Positions 1 to 14,617 of a stretch of 64,000 nucleotides of DNA are shown here, one piece after another. Position numbers and translations under genes: made by a program. How positions within the stretch are numbered: position 1 is the stretch's first letter; every line of letters begins with the position of its first letter. The notes beneath the pieces were generated by a model. The model was not told the origin of the DNA, did no database searches, and worked only from the letters and a program-made list of their open reading frames with translations. Source of the DNA: the human T2T-CHM13v2.0 reference genome, Homo sapiens; NCBI RefSeq assembly GCF_009914755.1, contig NC_060930.1; one strand, given 5' to 3'.

Positions 1-231
1 TGTTCACTCACTTACCACTTCCTTGGGCTGGGGAGACTCCCCTGGCTCCACATTGCTCCTGGGTGGGAGATATCCTGCCATTCTTTTCTCCATTCTTTGT
101 GGGTTGAATTGTTTTTCTGATGAACCCTAATGAGTGTACCTGGATGTTTCCACTGAAGGTGCTGTATTTACTCACCCCTCTATTTCTCTCCATGGGAGTG
201 GCACACACTACCTGCTTCTAGTCTGCTGTCT
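1..231 (-). mobile_element. 5' end of an old primate L1 (L1PA13-16/L1PB-type 5'UTR), continuing off the window
   Basis: Reverse complement (agacagcagactagaagcag...catggagag...caccttca) aligns with the 5' end of the L1 at 46811. Confidence 0.7.
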
Positions 232-606
232 GTTAAAGACTAACTTGCTGTAGCTTGTTTAGTATAGGGTCATATGTGACACTATCATTTCATAAATTTT
301 CATAATTAGGGTTGTGTTTTTGCTCACCACTTTAGATCAAAGTTTTAAAATCTAAGCACCGAACCATTGCTGGAAATAATAAGGTCTTGCGAATGAAGCA
401 TCTGAAGGACAATCCAAAACTGAAGTCCTGATTTCTGACAAATAAGAATCAATTTTCTCTTTTTTTCTGTAAACTTTGACATATGTGACAGGACTGTGTC
501 TATAATCTGAGTATGGATATAAGCATCACTAGAATTAATAGTTCAACAAATAGATATACAGAAATTAATAGCATCCACTGTATTATCTTCAGATATCTAG
601 GACAAT

Positions 607-628
607 TGTGTGTGTGTGTGTGTGTGTG
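607..628. repeat. (TG)n microsatellite
   Basis: Direct read. Confidence 0.95.
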
Positions 629-2139
629 CAATTGGCAGAGATTATATCTTTATTGTTGCTGAAAAACTAGAAAGAAGGAAGATATATTTTGCTATTTGAG
701 GAGGAAGTTTGAGAATCCTGTGGGCAGTGGCATAATTTATCCTGTGAGTGGCATAATTTCTATTGATGACATATTTTGCTCTTGGGAAATAAACAGAGCA
801 GTGCTTACACATGAATACAACATTAAAAAATCAGAAATTAATGGTGAATGATTTGCAAGTAATCTTTTTGGTGGTGTTTTCTTAACTTTGGCAATATTTT
901 TCTATGAAGAGGACTGTAAATGGATAGCCACCTTGTACAGGTATTGTGTTATTGCTACTCTCTTTAAGGCCAGGTTTAAAATTATGAATGTAGTCTTTGA
1001 TTAATGTTACCTAATAAGAAGTGCTCAGTATCATTGACCACAAAAAAAGCATTGTATCTTCCAAATGATGACAACTCTCACTTCAGTGATGAGAATTAAA
1101 TAATGTTTGCTTTCTGTTCTAATTCTTCTTTGCTTCCTTATTTAACATTTTAAGAAAAAGACATTTATCATAAAAATAAATTACCATTTTCAACTTTTGT
1201 ATTTGTTGCATACATTTAACTTCTGTCTAGTTGATTTATATAAATTGAAATTGTTGTAATTATCAGTAGTATCTTTTATGTATCCAATGAGAGTTATACC
1301 TGTAAATTAAAATACTTGATAAAAAGCACTTGGGTATATGTCATCTGTCATTTCACACATCCTAATTGCTCATGACTAGTTCCTAAAAAATTCAAATGTC
1401 AAATTAAAGGAGTCATTATTATACTGAAAATGTTGAGAGCCTTTTGAGCAATGACATACTGTTGCATTTTTTTAAACCAATCAGATTACAAGTCTTTAAA
1501 TATTAGTGGTGGCATTGTAAATGGGAATAGATAATTTGTTTTAGACAGTCAACCTTGGTGAAATAAGCTTATGTTTCTTTATTGAGAGCAATTGTAAAAA
1601 GCCAAATTGTTTCCTAAGATGAAAGATAAACACCTCTCAGGCAAGACTATATTTTCTTTATAGCTCATTTAATTGCTTTAAATTTTTTATCTCCACAATT
1701 TCTTTCTGATCCCTAAGCCACAAATTATACTCTGCCTCTTGGTTGCTCAGGTGTATTTCATTTACTTTACCTTTCTAATGTTTTCATCTTAAAATTTTAT
1801 TGGGATCAATATGAAGACGATTGATGCTGAAAAAGAACTTTGGTTACATCTTCACGTACGAATACACAAATATAAATGTTATCAGAACATTTGTTTCTCC
1901 GAATAGTATCATTTTCTTTTATTAATAGTTATGTTCAAAACATGTCATCAAAGTAGGCCTCAGTAGAAATGTAGTGATGTAATTATTGCTATTAATTTGC
2001 TTACTCGAAGGCACATAATTTCTCCAGCTCTAGCTAGGAAACTTCTCCTGATATCTATCTCATAAACAAAGACTAGAAACCAGGTAAGTTATTTCTCTGT
2101 TTTCTGTGTGTTTTAAAGAAACACAAATTAGGTATTTTG

Positions 2140-2440
2140 CTACGCACCTTCAGTCTGGGCTGAGGTCAGTAGCGACGGCTTTTCTCTGATCTATATGGGT
2201 TTCCCTTGGCAGCTTGACTAGGGCTGGAGGATCTACTTCTAACATGGTGCACCACATGGCTGACTGGCTAATGGCAGCCTATGTCATAAGACCTGGGCCT
2301 GGAAATCAGAGCAGCATCACTTCTATCATATTCTATTGGTCAAGCAGTCACAGACCCCAGATTCAAGGAAAGAAGACATAGACCTCGCCTCTCAATTGGT
2401 AGAGTGTCAAAGAATTCTGAGGTTGTATTTTAAAACCTTC
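2140..2440. mobile_element. MaLR LTR fragment (MLT1H/I/J-like)
   Basis: MLT1 hallmarks catcacttct...attctattggtcaagcagtcaca...ccagattcaagg. Confidence 0.6.
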
Positions 2441-3011
2441 AAATTACCTTCAAAAGGTTTATTATTTATTTATTTATTTATTTTACCAACTTGCTTCCTG
2501 CCTCTGGTGTAAGTGGCCCATACAATTCGCTCCTCTCTGGCTTCTTTCCAGAAACTCTAGAAACATTCTCACTTTATAATATAGAGCATTTCACCTCCCT
2601 CCAGCATTGTATTGAAACGCTTTGGGCTAACTTAGCCACTCCAGATCCCAAAAACTGGGCCAATGCACAGACCAGAGAGAAGCTTGGAAGCATTTGGCTT
2701 TCCCTTCCCCTTCTGTCACAATGCCTGAGAAGGGAAGAGTAAAACAAAGTATTTTACTTCTGTCCAATGTGAACTATGTTATTTATCTAGAAGCAACTTT
2801 GGTCATTTTTGGTCATATAGACTTTTCACCTTATTTCCTTTGCACAAGTACATGGTTCCCTGTCTTCTGTGGACTCATTGTAGCTGGCCTCCTGCTCCTC
2901 CTCCCTGGGCTTTGCCTTCCCCTGGGCCTCAAGACTTGACTCTGTAAATCCTTTTCCTCAATCTCCTACTACCACATTCCCATGAGAGTTGAGAGTCATG
3001 AGACTGTAGAA

Positions 3012-4260
3012 TTAAAAATAAGTTATTTACTTTCAGAATATAATGGTTGTACAGGCACTGGGTAAACATTCTTACTCTAAAAGGGAGAAATCAGCCAAAA
3101 GCAAGGATTTCTTGGAAGTTCAAAACTAAGCAGGGCAGACATTAAGTCTGAAAGCTCCAAAATAATCTCTTTTGACTTTATGTTCTTCATCCTGGGCACA
3201 CAGGTGAGCTCCCAAAGTCTTGCTTAGTCCCATCTCATGGCTTTTCTGGCATGCAGCCCATGTGGCTGCCCCCACAAGTTGAAGTTGAATTCATGTGGCT
3301 TTTTCAGGCTGAAGTGGCATACTGTCAGTTTCTCCACCATTTTGGGGTCCAGACAGTGGCTCCACTTCTGCAGCCTCACTAGGCATTGCCCAGAAGGGAA
3401 CACTTTGTGGTGGTTATGGTCCTATGTCAGATGCCTGCTTGAGTACCCAGGCTTTCCTATACATCCTCTGAAAACTTTGCTTCTTAGAAATTTCTTCTGC
3501 CAGATAGCCTAGGTCATTACTCTTAAGTTTAGCATTACACAAAGCCACAGGGCATGGACACCATGCAGCCAAGTTCTTTGCTATGATGTAATAAGGGTGA
3601 CTTTTGCTCCACTTCCCAGGAAATTTCTCATTTCCATCTGAGACCTCCTTAGAATGGTCTTTACTGTTTAGGTTTCCGTCATCATTTTGTTCACAGTCAC
3701 AACCAATTTTTAAGATGTTCCAAACTTTCTCTCTTTTTTTTTTTTTTCTGAGCCTTCTAACTCTTCCAACTTCTGCTCATTGCCCGGTTCCAAAGCTACT
3801 TCCACATTTTCAGCTATCTTTATAGCAACAGCTCACTTCTTGCTACCATTTCTCTTAGTTCATATTTTGTGATTATTACAAAATATCTGAGGCTGGGAAA
3901 TTTATGAAGAATAAAAGGATTATTTGGCTCACAAAGGTGATGACTGGAAAGTTTAAGATTAGGCATCTGCACCTGGTGAGGGTTCTAGGCTGCTTTCACT
4001 CACGGCAGAAGGTGAAGGGGAGCTGGCATGTGTAGAGATTACACAGCAAGAGAACAAGGCGGTAGGAAGTGCTGGGCTCTTCTTAACAAACTCTCTCAGG
4101 AACCAATAGAATGGTAACTCACCTCCGAAGGAGTGATTTAATCTGTGGGTGAGGGATCCACTCTCATAACCCAAACATCTCCCATTAGGCCCCACTTACG
4201 ATATTGAGGCTCAAATTTCAACATGAAGTTTGGTGGGAACAAACATCCAAACCATTGCAT
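3012..4260 (-). mobile_element. MaLR MST-type internal fragment (3012-3850) plus MSTB-like LTR (3850-4260)
   Basis: MST-int motifs followed by an LTR ending aaacatccaaaccattgca. Confidence 0.75.
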
Positions 4261-4261
4261 A

Positions 4262-4642
4262 TGCCCAGCCTATCTAACAGGATAGTTTAGCCTGGCCTAC
4301 GTTAAACATGCCCAGAACACTTACCTTAGCCTACAGTTGGGCAAAATCATCTAACACAAAGCCTATTTTATAATAAAATGTTGATTAACTCATGTAGTTT
4401 ATTGAATACGGTACTGAGAGTGAAAAACAGATTGGTTGTTTACCCCAGTGATTGCCTGGCTGACCGCGAGCTGCGGCTCATCTCCACTGTCCAGCATCAC
4501 AAGAGAGTATCCTACCACATATGGCTAGCCTGAGAAAATATCAAAACTCAAAATTTGAAGAATGTTTTCTATTGAATGTCTATCACTTTTTCACCATCCT
4601 AGAAAAACCCAGGTTGAATCATCATAAGTTGGGGATCATCTG
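4262..4642 (+). mobile_element. Tigger5/MER47-family DNA transposon (5'-truncated)
   Basis: ttagcctacagttgggcaaaatcatctaacacaaagcctattttataataaa core; terminal taagttggggatcatctg. Confidence 0.75.
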
Positions 4643-5060
4643 CATAAGCCACATAGTATTTGCTGAGAACTTGGTATGTATAATTTATTCTGACTTCCGT
4701 GGAGAGAAGAGAGAGTATGCAGATCATTTGGATATATTAATGCACTGCTCCTAAAAGCAAATAAAAAACAGCAAGGTGCTCACCTTTTTTTTCTAAAGCA
4801 TGTGGATTTTTGTCTTGTTTTATGTTGTTTTGTTTTGTTTTATCCTAAACCCACTGACTCAGAATCTCTGGAAGTGGAGTTTAGACTCTGGCATTTTCAG
4901 TAAGCTTCCCAAATGATTCTTATATTTGGGGAAATCTTTTGAAAGCCAAACACGTGTTGAACTACTTGAAACTTTTTTAAAGCTGGTTAGAATGACCATC
5001 TAATCTGTGGTACTTTAAAAGAGAAAGAAGACACTATTAAAAAATTATTGCAGAACAACC

Positions 5061-5061
<1 letters not shown>

Positions 5062-5103
<42 letters not shown>
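5062..5103. repeat. (TG)/(TA)n microsatellite
   Basis: tgtgtg followed by a long (ta)n run. Confidence 0.95.
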
Positions 5104-5106
<3 letters not shown>

Positions 5107-7460
5107 AAGAACTTCCCAGAAAATCAAGAAATACTTTCATTTTAGTGAGAATGGAATACTAGGATACATGTCTTAAACATAAAATCCAGAACAGACTAAA
5201 TGTTTTGGATGTATACTAGACTGTTAGCTCCAAATTATCCCTGTTCATTTCAAGTTAGAACTGCAACTTGTCCCTCCAAGATATTGCTAGTATGAGCTCA
5301 TCTTTTACATTGGAAGCACCACAGTCCTAGATTGGGCCAGGCCCTCAGTTATTCTCCAGATTATACCCTTATCTTGTTCTTACTCTTTCCAGTTTTCGTC
5401 TTTCTTCCATTCTTTCTTCCTCCTGATACCAGAGCAATGATGCATAAATGATCATTCTATCATGTTTAAAATTGATTGTTCTCCCTTGATTTCAACTCTA
5501 ACAAGGAACAGCAAAGTCAACAAAAATATACACTATATAATATTAATATGAATAATAAAATATATAATGATAAAAATAACAGAGTTCTTATTTAACCAAT
5601 ATATACCAGACACCATTTGGCAAATTACTGCTCTCCTTACCCCTTCAACTTCTCCTTGCCCTACTCTGGAACCAGCCTGACTTCTGCTTTCAGAACCCAA
5701 ATGAACTGTCCCACAATCTAGCAACCACTAAGTCTCAAATTGGCCCAGAAGTGTCCTGCTGGACCCTGCTTCAGTGCTATGACTTGAAAATGTTTTGCTG
5801 GATCAGTGTCTATGTTGTACTCATTATGGTACATTTTTTAATATCCATTCTGAAAATATATAATCTGCTTTTCAGAGTATTACAAAATATGTCATAATTT
5901 GGCTCCTTCATATCTCATCTGTTCTATGCTTCAAATCCTCCTACTCTATGCTTCATTGCTGCAGAAAATGACATCTTCCCTTCCTATGTCTCCATGCTTT
6001 TGCACCTGCTTTCCAGATCACTCTTTTTTCCTAGTTTTCTTTCCCTTAAACTTTTACTTACTGCTTGTAACTCATCTTGATTAACATTTTTTTCATAATC
6101 GTCTTCCCTAGCTCCTCTAGGCATATTTGAATGCTTCTCCTATACTCACATTTTATTCTGTACATATTTCTAACTCAGTTTTTAAAATATGGCTATTTAT
6201 TTGTATGTTCATCTTCCTTCTCAACAGTGGTATTCTTGACCTCTGCGTTCATGTGTTTTTGTGTGTATTTATCTCTAGTCCTTTGTACTTTTCCTGCATA
6301 TATATTGACCAAATGAATAGATAATGCTAACTTGAAAGAACACATAGTTTTTAAAATGTTGGTTAAGATTAGTCAGATAGGGATTCACGAACGTGATACA
6401 TTTTCAGCTGTACTTTGAAAGAAATAACGGACATGTTGGAATGGAGAGGAGGTTGATTTACACTGTCAACAACAGCGATATCAAAAAGAAAAACACAGAA
6501 AAATAAATTAATACAATGGTATTTGGAAAATGTAATTTGGGTTAGTAACTGAATGAGAGAGAAGAAAGAGAGTTATTCTTGCAGCATTTATTCTTTCATG
6601 CCAGTTTGAGGAATTCAGAGCTACACTATTGGAACAAGTAAATCCAAAGCTTTATTTCCACACAATGACCCTGGGTTTGTAACAATTGGAAAGTTTGTTC
6701 TTTCCTGGGCTTGGGTCCAACTCTACACAATATCACCGTCTGTGTCCCCAAAATGATTCAAATCCACGGTGAGCACTGCTATACTCCTGTGCATGTGCCT
6801 TCTTTGAGCTCATCTTGTTTTTCTCTCAAATGTTAACTAATGATTGCTTTGTCCTGCTCATTCATTGTCCCTTAAGCATGTAATGTAGTTGTTTGCCAAA
6901 TGTTAATTCCCTTTAAATTAAGGCTCAAGGAATAAAGAAATCCATTTAGTGATTTATCTGGATGTTTCTCCAGTTGGCTCTGAGTTTTTGTTCTTTGATA
7001 TGTGACCTTTTTATGTTTGTTTTAATACTTCACTGGTGTCCAAAGTTTATGGTTCAGTCCTTGTGGCTGTGAAGCTATTTCTTGTCCCTCATTGAAGAAA
7101 ATACCTCATCTACCTTTAAAATGAAGCTTGTAGATTAGCTAACATTGTTTTTTACTACCTTTTAAAGGCTATTATTATTTCTAAGATACTCACAAAGTGA
7201 AAGCAATCTAACCATCAGGTTAAATAACTTCCACTGTGAGATTTTACTATTTCTTCCAAGTTACACAAAAATGAAAGTGACCCATGTCCATTTCAATGTC
7301 ATCTTAAGCAAAAGGAAAAGTTTTTACAACCTGCCTTGGTTTACAAAACTAATTATATTAATAGATTTTTTGTATGTAGATAACAAGTACTGACCCTTTC
7401 ATATGGTGTCTGATCAGGTTATTTACTCAAGTGGTATTGGCCTTGGAAAGTCTCTTTCTT

Positions 7461-8521
<1,061 letters not shown>

Positions 8522-8894
8522 TAAAATTTTCTTCTGCCTGCTGGATAATTTTTTAGATTTAATTAGCATGTGCTGTTTTCCAGGTTTCAAAACATTTTTC
8601 TATCTTGGGTTGGGTCTCCAGATATTCTTGATCATTTAAATGCTTATTTCTTCTACTGCTTGAAAGGTACCTCCTGGCCTAGGGAAACTCATGAAAAGGG
8701 AATACTGTATTTATATGCGTGGTTCTCAAGATTTGTTATGAGACAGTTTTCAACAGAACCATTGTTGCTCTTCATTTTATTGTTTAATTTGTTTTTCAGA
8801 CTTTCCCTCTACCAACTCCACGCTCCAGGAGGGTTGCTTTCTACAAATTGCACTTTGTGTTTCTCAAGCAAATCACACTCCTCCTCCCTATTGA

Positions 8895-9180
8895 TGTTGC
8901 AACCACACTGGATTTCCTAACATTTCTCAGTAAAAGCTCATTCCCACTCCAGGGACTTTGTACTTTCTGGACTCTCTGCCTAGGTTGCTCTGTCCCTCAC
9001 TCTCTCTCCTCGTAGCTTCATGGCTAGGTTCCTTATATCTAGTTATATCTAGTTTGGCTACCTCTAATTCCTTCAGATTTTAACTCAAATATTACTTCTA
9101 CTTAGAAAAGCCTTTTCTGACTCCCTTAGATTGTGTTACACATATAGGCCATTAATACAAATTTACTGAATAAATGACTG
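8895..9180 (+). mobile_element. L2 fragment
   Basis: ccacactgg...cagggactttg...ctcaaatattacttc...aagccttttctgact; ends tttactgaataaatga. Confidence 0.55.
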
Positions 9181-9279
9181 GGTGGGTCTGATATTATACA
9201 TGTCATATTTGAGGAAATGAAGAGATGCTGAAAGTACTGGAAGTGTATAGATGAAATGAGAAGCCGGAAATAGATCCTA

Positions 9280-9490
9280 TTAACATTTTCCTAACACTTT
9301 ACAGTTTACAAAGCACCTTTGCATATGTTATATCACTTGAATTTTTAATATCTGTTAGAGAAAACTCTTACTATCTCCATTCTACAGGCTTAGACAAGTG
9401 AAAAGACCTCAAGATCACATAGCTAATAAATAGAAGTTGGAATTATATTCTTATCTCCAAATTTAATATATTGTCCTCTATGGCATGCTG
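9280..9490 (-). mobile_element. MIR
   Basis: cactttacagtttacaaagcacc...ctccattctacag...aagatcacatagcta core. Confidence 0.6.
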
Positions 9491-9746
9491 AAATCCCCTG
9501 ACTTAAGTTTGAGGCTTACAAGAATAGATATTCCAGGCAAAATGTCAGAAACCTGAAGTGTATGATAATCATCAGAAGTTAATTACTTTCACGGACATTC
9601 AAATTTCTTCTTTGCTGTAGGAACAAAGGAAAAAGCTTATCCACAGTCCCATGTGTTATCTCTGGCTGAGCCTCTTCCTAATTATATTACCAATGGCTAA
9701 CTGTCTGCTTTAATTTTCTCTGTTGTAAATGAGGATAATTATAGTA

Positions 9747-9825
9747 TTAGGTTGGTGAAAATTAATTGTGGTTTTTGGCATTGAACGTAATGACAAAAAA
9801 CACAATTACTTTCGCACCAACCTAA
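9747..9825. mobile_element. MADE1 (Hsmar1-derived MITE) inserted in a MIR
   Basis: TIRs ttaggttggtg...caccaacctaa, 79 bp, TA on the left side. MIR core on both flanks. Confidence 0.9.
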
Positions 9826-11021
9826 CACAGATTTTTATAAAGGGATTGTGAGAATTAAATTAGTTTATTTAGTAAGACTTCACAAAATTGCCCATCACAG
9901 AATATTGCTTATACAGGAAAACTGCTATTATGGTTACTGTCATTGTTATTATTAGTATTATTTAATGTGCTTACTAAAGACCTTTTCTCCTCTCAAGAGA
10001 ACAGAAAAAAAAAACCATAAAATTTGTGACTATTTTATCTGCAATTAACTTTTTAGGACTTCTACAGTTTATTGCATGGGAGGAGGAGTCTTCCTTTTAA
10101 TCTTTAAACCTTTGGTTGAATGTGGCTTGAGCCTTGACACTTTTATTCTGAGGTTCCAGCTAGCCCTAAGCAGGAATTTCTGAGATGGATATGTCTCATT
10201 GATCTTGGATTTGATCTGCAGCTATAAGTTACAAAAGAGGGAGGTCTTACTGTGAAATACATCAGAATGTAAGTAGACTCATATTATTTCAATAATTGAA
10301 AGGACATTAAATATTATCTGTTTTTTAATCCATCCCTTAACATGGATGCCCGTTTTCAGTAACCATGGAGAGTTTAGAAATTTCCTGCTTTGAGATTATT
10401 TGACAGTGTATGTGTGTGTTTTAACTCTTCAAGACTTGTTTTATTGGGGGTATGTTTACTCTCTTCACAGTGTTCCAAAGTAGATCTTGCTCATAGATTT
10501 TATTTATATGCCAATCATGTTTTGGATATAGGGATCTCCTATCAGAAGATTAGAGTCCGCTGGCAGATGCTAACGTTGTACCTAGTCAAGAACAATTGGT
10601 AAATTTCCAGGATTTGGTTCCATTTGCAAGGGAGTTGCTAGGATTCTTGTTATGAAGAGAAGAGCAATGCTTAAGTTCTCCATAGAGACTCTATGCTCAG
10701 AAACTTCCTTCCTATTCTATGACCTTTGATAAGATTGCAGTAATAAGACGTAATGTCTCCCTATAATTAGTCTGATATAGTGGTTCTCAACCCTATCAGA
10801 TCCAATGCTTTCTTCTTATCGTAAATTTTAAATACCACTCCCTGACAGACATTATTCTGGAAATAAATGCAGGGATAATAATATATCCTTGACTTCTAGA
10901 GTGTGCAAAGCCCTGAGAATATAGTTTTTGTGGTGCCTCTTTTTATTTAAACTACTTGACTTACCTAAAATCAGCAAGTAAGCAGAGTCCTAGTGGCCCA
11001 ATATTATTTAATCCCGATAAA

Positions 11022-11057
11022 ACACACACACACACACACTCACACACACACACACAC
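11022..11057. repeat. (CA)n microsatellite
   Basis: Direct read, one interruption. Confidence 0.95.
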
Positions 11058-13169
11058 AGGCAGTTGGGAGTGATCCACTCACAGGCAGCCTACTTGGAAC
11101 TGAGGCCTTGCCACAAAGGCTGAGACAACCTATAGATTCAATCATGATGCCTTTGGGGGCAACTAGATCCCATGTATGGAGCAGAGATTTGGACAGCAGC
11201 TCAAAGGGGGAGAAATGGAGACTAATAGCCACTCAAGTCCTAGACTTTGCTTGGAGCACACTTCTAGGACAGTACCACTGGCCCCAGCCTATCCCAGCCA
11301 CAGAAGGGAGACTTAGATATTTTCAAGAAAGGTACTTTAAATAAAAGCAGTCCCCTGAGATTCAGATATAGGGGCAGGGGCCCTGCTTGCTAAACATTTT
11401 TTTTTAAGATTGATGTTAATAACATAATATATAACATATATTATCTGTTTTCTAATCCATCCCTTAACATGGATACACAGTCCATGCCCGTTTTATAGTA
11501 ACCATGGAGAGTTACTATATATTATGTAATATATGTTATATATTATGTTATTAACTAATATAATACTAAGAACAGTACTGAACATTTTTTAAAAGAGTGA
11601 TGTTAATATAATATATAATATATAATATATAATTTAACAGAGAAATTAAATGAAAGTAATTCGTAATATGTTACATATACTTTAATTCAAAAATTTTGTT
11701 CTACAACTACACCAGAAAATGTAATGAAATTCTCAGATACTTACAGCCTCTTTTTATGAATAGATTTGTATTTAACAACATAAGAACATCACAAGCCCTT
11801 ATTTACAGGAAGTATAGAAAATAAAAGAACAGAAGTATAGACAGACACCAGAAAAAATAGGATTAGTATAGTTAGAGACCAGACATATTTGTATATGATA
11901 AGAGAAAGAGGGAAATAACCTTAAATGAATTTGCGATTACATGACAAAGCAAATTAAAGGTTGATAAATTGAAAAAATAAGGAAGTAAGAATTTCTTGTA
12001 AATGAGCTCAATGTTATCTATAAATGCACTGATAAAATAACTCCTTGGACAGTAATTTGGGTCCCGGTGGATTATTGTACTTTGGAATGATTCCCTTGAA
12101 AATTTCTAAGTCCTATTCTTGTGGCTGAGACCAACTGGGTCTACAGTGACATGCAGAAAATGTTGCCCATGCCAAGATAGGTACCTACATGGGCTCCAGT
12201 ACCCATTTCTCCTCTTTAGATTGCTCTTCAATCCTGTATATATGGGGTGAAATTGGTGAAGATTCACAATAATTATATCTGCTATACTGAATTTCTAGCA
12301 CATATTCAGGCATACTTTAAGTTACTTGCATTTAAAATAAACCTGGAGACCACGTTCTTCAAGAGGCAGTAGGGAATATAGGACAGATTTAAAAAACAGT
12401 GATTTGAGAGGTTGTAGAGGAATTATGTAATCTGCTGTTGAGGAGAGTATTGAAAATGATTGAAGATTGAAAATGGTACTTGACTCCAAAAAGACTACCT
12501 GTGTTGTGTGGTAAGAAAGTTGGAAGGGGCCGATGACTTCAAAAAGGAGGTAGTGTAGTGCGAAGTTAAAAATATCTCCCTATTTCCTGGTTTCATCTGT
12601 CTCTATGTGGATGGTAGAATCAGAGATTCAGTAGAAGGGTGTCTGACAGTCTATTAAACCATTTTCACATTTTGCTTTCAAACTCTGTGCTTTCCCAGGA
12701 ATTGTTTAATTAGTAGCATGCTGTTAATGTGTAGTATTCACTGCACATTTGAAAATAGTGTGGATTATATTTATAATCAGAAAAAAAGTGTTTTTGCTTA
12801 CATAATTTGTTTTTACCAAATGAAAATATCTGAAGAACCAGAGGGACCACAAAAGAGAAATCAAATTTGTCTTCAGAATATAATTAATTTCATGACATTT
12901 ATTACTCCACTTATTGAATTATTATAATTTCTAGTTATTAAAAATTCTGTGAGGAAATAAATTAAAAAATAGGTTAGTTTGTGCATGTCAATCATATATT
13001 TGTTGGCTTATTTTTTTTTCAGTTGAACATGGTTCTAATCTTGTTGTCCCACTTGTTGATAATGTTCTTCAATCTGAAAGTCTCATGATTCTTTGGACCA
13101 CAGTCATAAATCATTAGTATTTTTATTTTATTATTTGTTTTAGGTTATGTTGATGTTGATTTGGCTTAA

Positions 13170-13679
13170 TTTTTATTTTTATTTTATTTTATTTTTTATT
13201 ATACTTTAAGTTTTAGGGTACATGTGCACAACGTGCAGGTTTGTTACATATGTATACATGTGCCATGTTGGTGAGCTGCACCCATTAACTCGTCATTTAG
13301 CATTAGGTATATCTCCTAATGCTATCCCTCCCCCCTCCCCCCACCCCACAACAGGCCCCGGTGTGTGATGGTCCCCTTCCTGTGTCCATGTGTTCTCATT
13401 GTTCAATTCCCATGTATGAGTGAGAACATGCAGTGTTTGGTTTTTTGTCCTTGCAATAGTTTGCTGAGAATGATGGTTTTCAGCTTCATCCATGTCCCTA
13501 CAAAGGACATGAACTCATCATTTTTTATGGCTGCATAGTATTCCATGGTGTATATATGCCACATTTTCTTAATCCAGTCTATCATTGTTGGGCATTTGGA
13601 TTGGTTCCAAGTCTTTGCTATTGTGAATAGTGCCGCAATAAACATACGTGTGCATGTGTCTTTATAGCAGCATGATTTA
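13170..13679 (-). mobile_element. 5'-truncated L1PA4/L1PA5 3' end
   Basis: L1 3'UTR (cacaacgtgcaggtttgttacatatg, acaggccccggtgtg) plus the ORF2 C-terminus. No TSD found. Confidence 0.85.
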
Positions 13680-14189
13680 CAAGCCTGCATCAGCACTAGT
13701 GTTCTCTTCTACCCAGGTAACCTAAATCATGATAAAATTTCAAGATGACAGGAAAGTACTTATAGGAGAAAACTAATTATTTACATTGGGCATTTTAGAA
13801 CTCTCCAAAAGTTTAAGTAGTAATAGTTTATGTCAATTTATAGGAAACAATCTAAATTTCTCATGATACCTTTATTTGCCATCTGAGAGGCCTTATGTTT
13901 TTGTTCTGGTTACTACTTTTAGGCCAGTTCTACTAAAAGTACTTCCTCTAATCTTTTGATTTATTGTAAACATCAGTTGAGGGAGAAATACAATATAATT
14001 GTTTATTTAGTTCTATTTGGATGTGCTTTACAAATTTTTAGTCTCTTTAGGCTAGCACTAATTATATTCCATTCACTAAGTAGATCTTTTCTGTATCATC
14101 TCACAGTCATTTCTGCATCTAAATTCTTAAAGTTAAATAAGTGGTTTGTTAACTCTTACTAATACATATACGAGCACTTTAGATACAAC

Positions 14190-14617
14190 CTGAGAGGGGC
14201 GTCTGGCTGATTTCGGTCAGGGCTGCTTTCTTTTACAGACTTAAGAGTATATTTTGGTTTGAGGGTGAGGGGGATTATCAGAAGCTTGGAATGTTCCTGT
14301 TTGAGGCAGAAGTTTTATGGCAGGGTTGGAATGTCTCTGGGAGGAGGGGAGTTTATCTTGGGGCAGATATCTTTCTGGCCAGACGGGGGTAATCTCCAGG
14401 CTGGCATCTTCCCAGCCAGAGCGGGGTTATCTCACGGCTAGGATGTCTCTGGTCAGGGAGGGGTTTGGAATGTTTCTGGTTGGAGGTGTTATTTGTGGTT
14501 TATGGTCGTGCTGACCTTAGTCATTAGGTTGATGCCCTTTGGATTTAGGTGGTTTTTTATTAAAGTGAACTTCAGAATGAGGGGCTTGTCCAAGATGGCA
14601 ATGCTCCTGCTCGGTCA
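14190..14617 (-). mobile_element. ERV1 LTR (LTR19-like)
   Basis: Minus strand starts TGACCGAGCAGGAGCATTGCCATCTTGGACAAGCCCCTCATTCT and has internal ggaatgt(c/t)tctgg repeats. Confidence 0.65.

Noticed and set aside
715-759. Short tandem duplications (also 16102-16168, 31177-31223, 55531-55551)
   Set aside because: Ordinary slippage duplications with no further structure.
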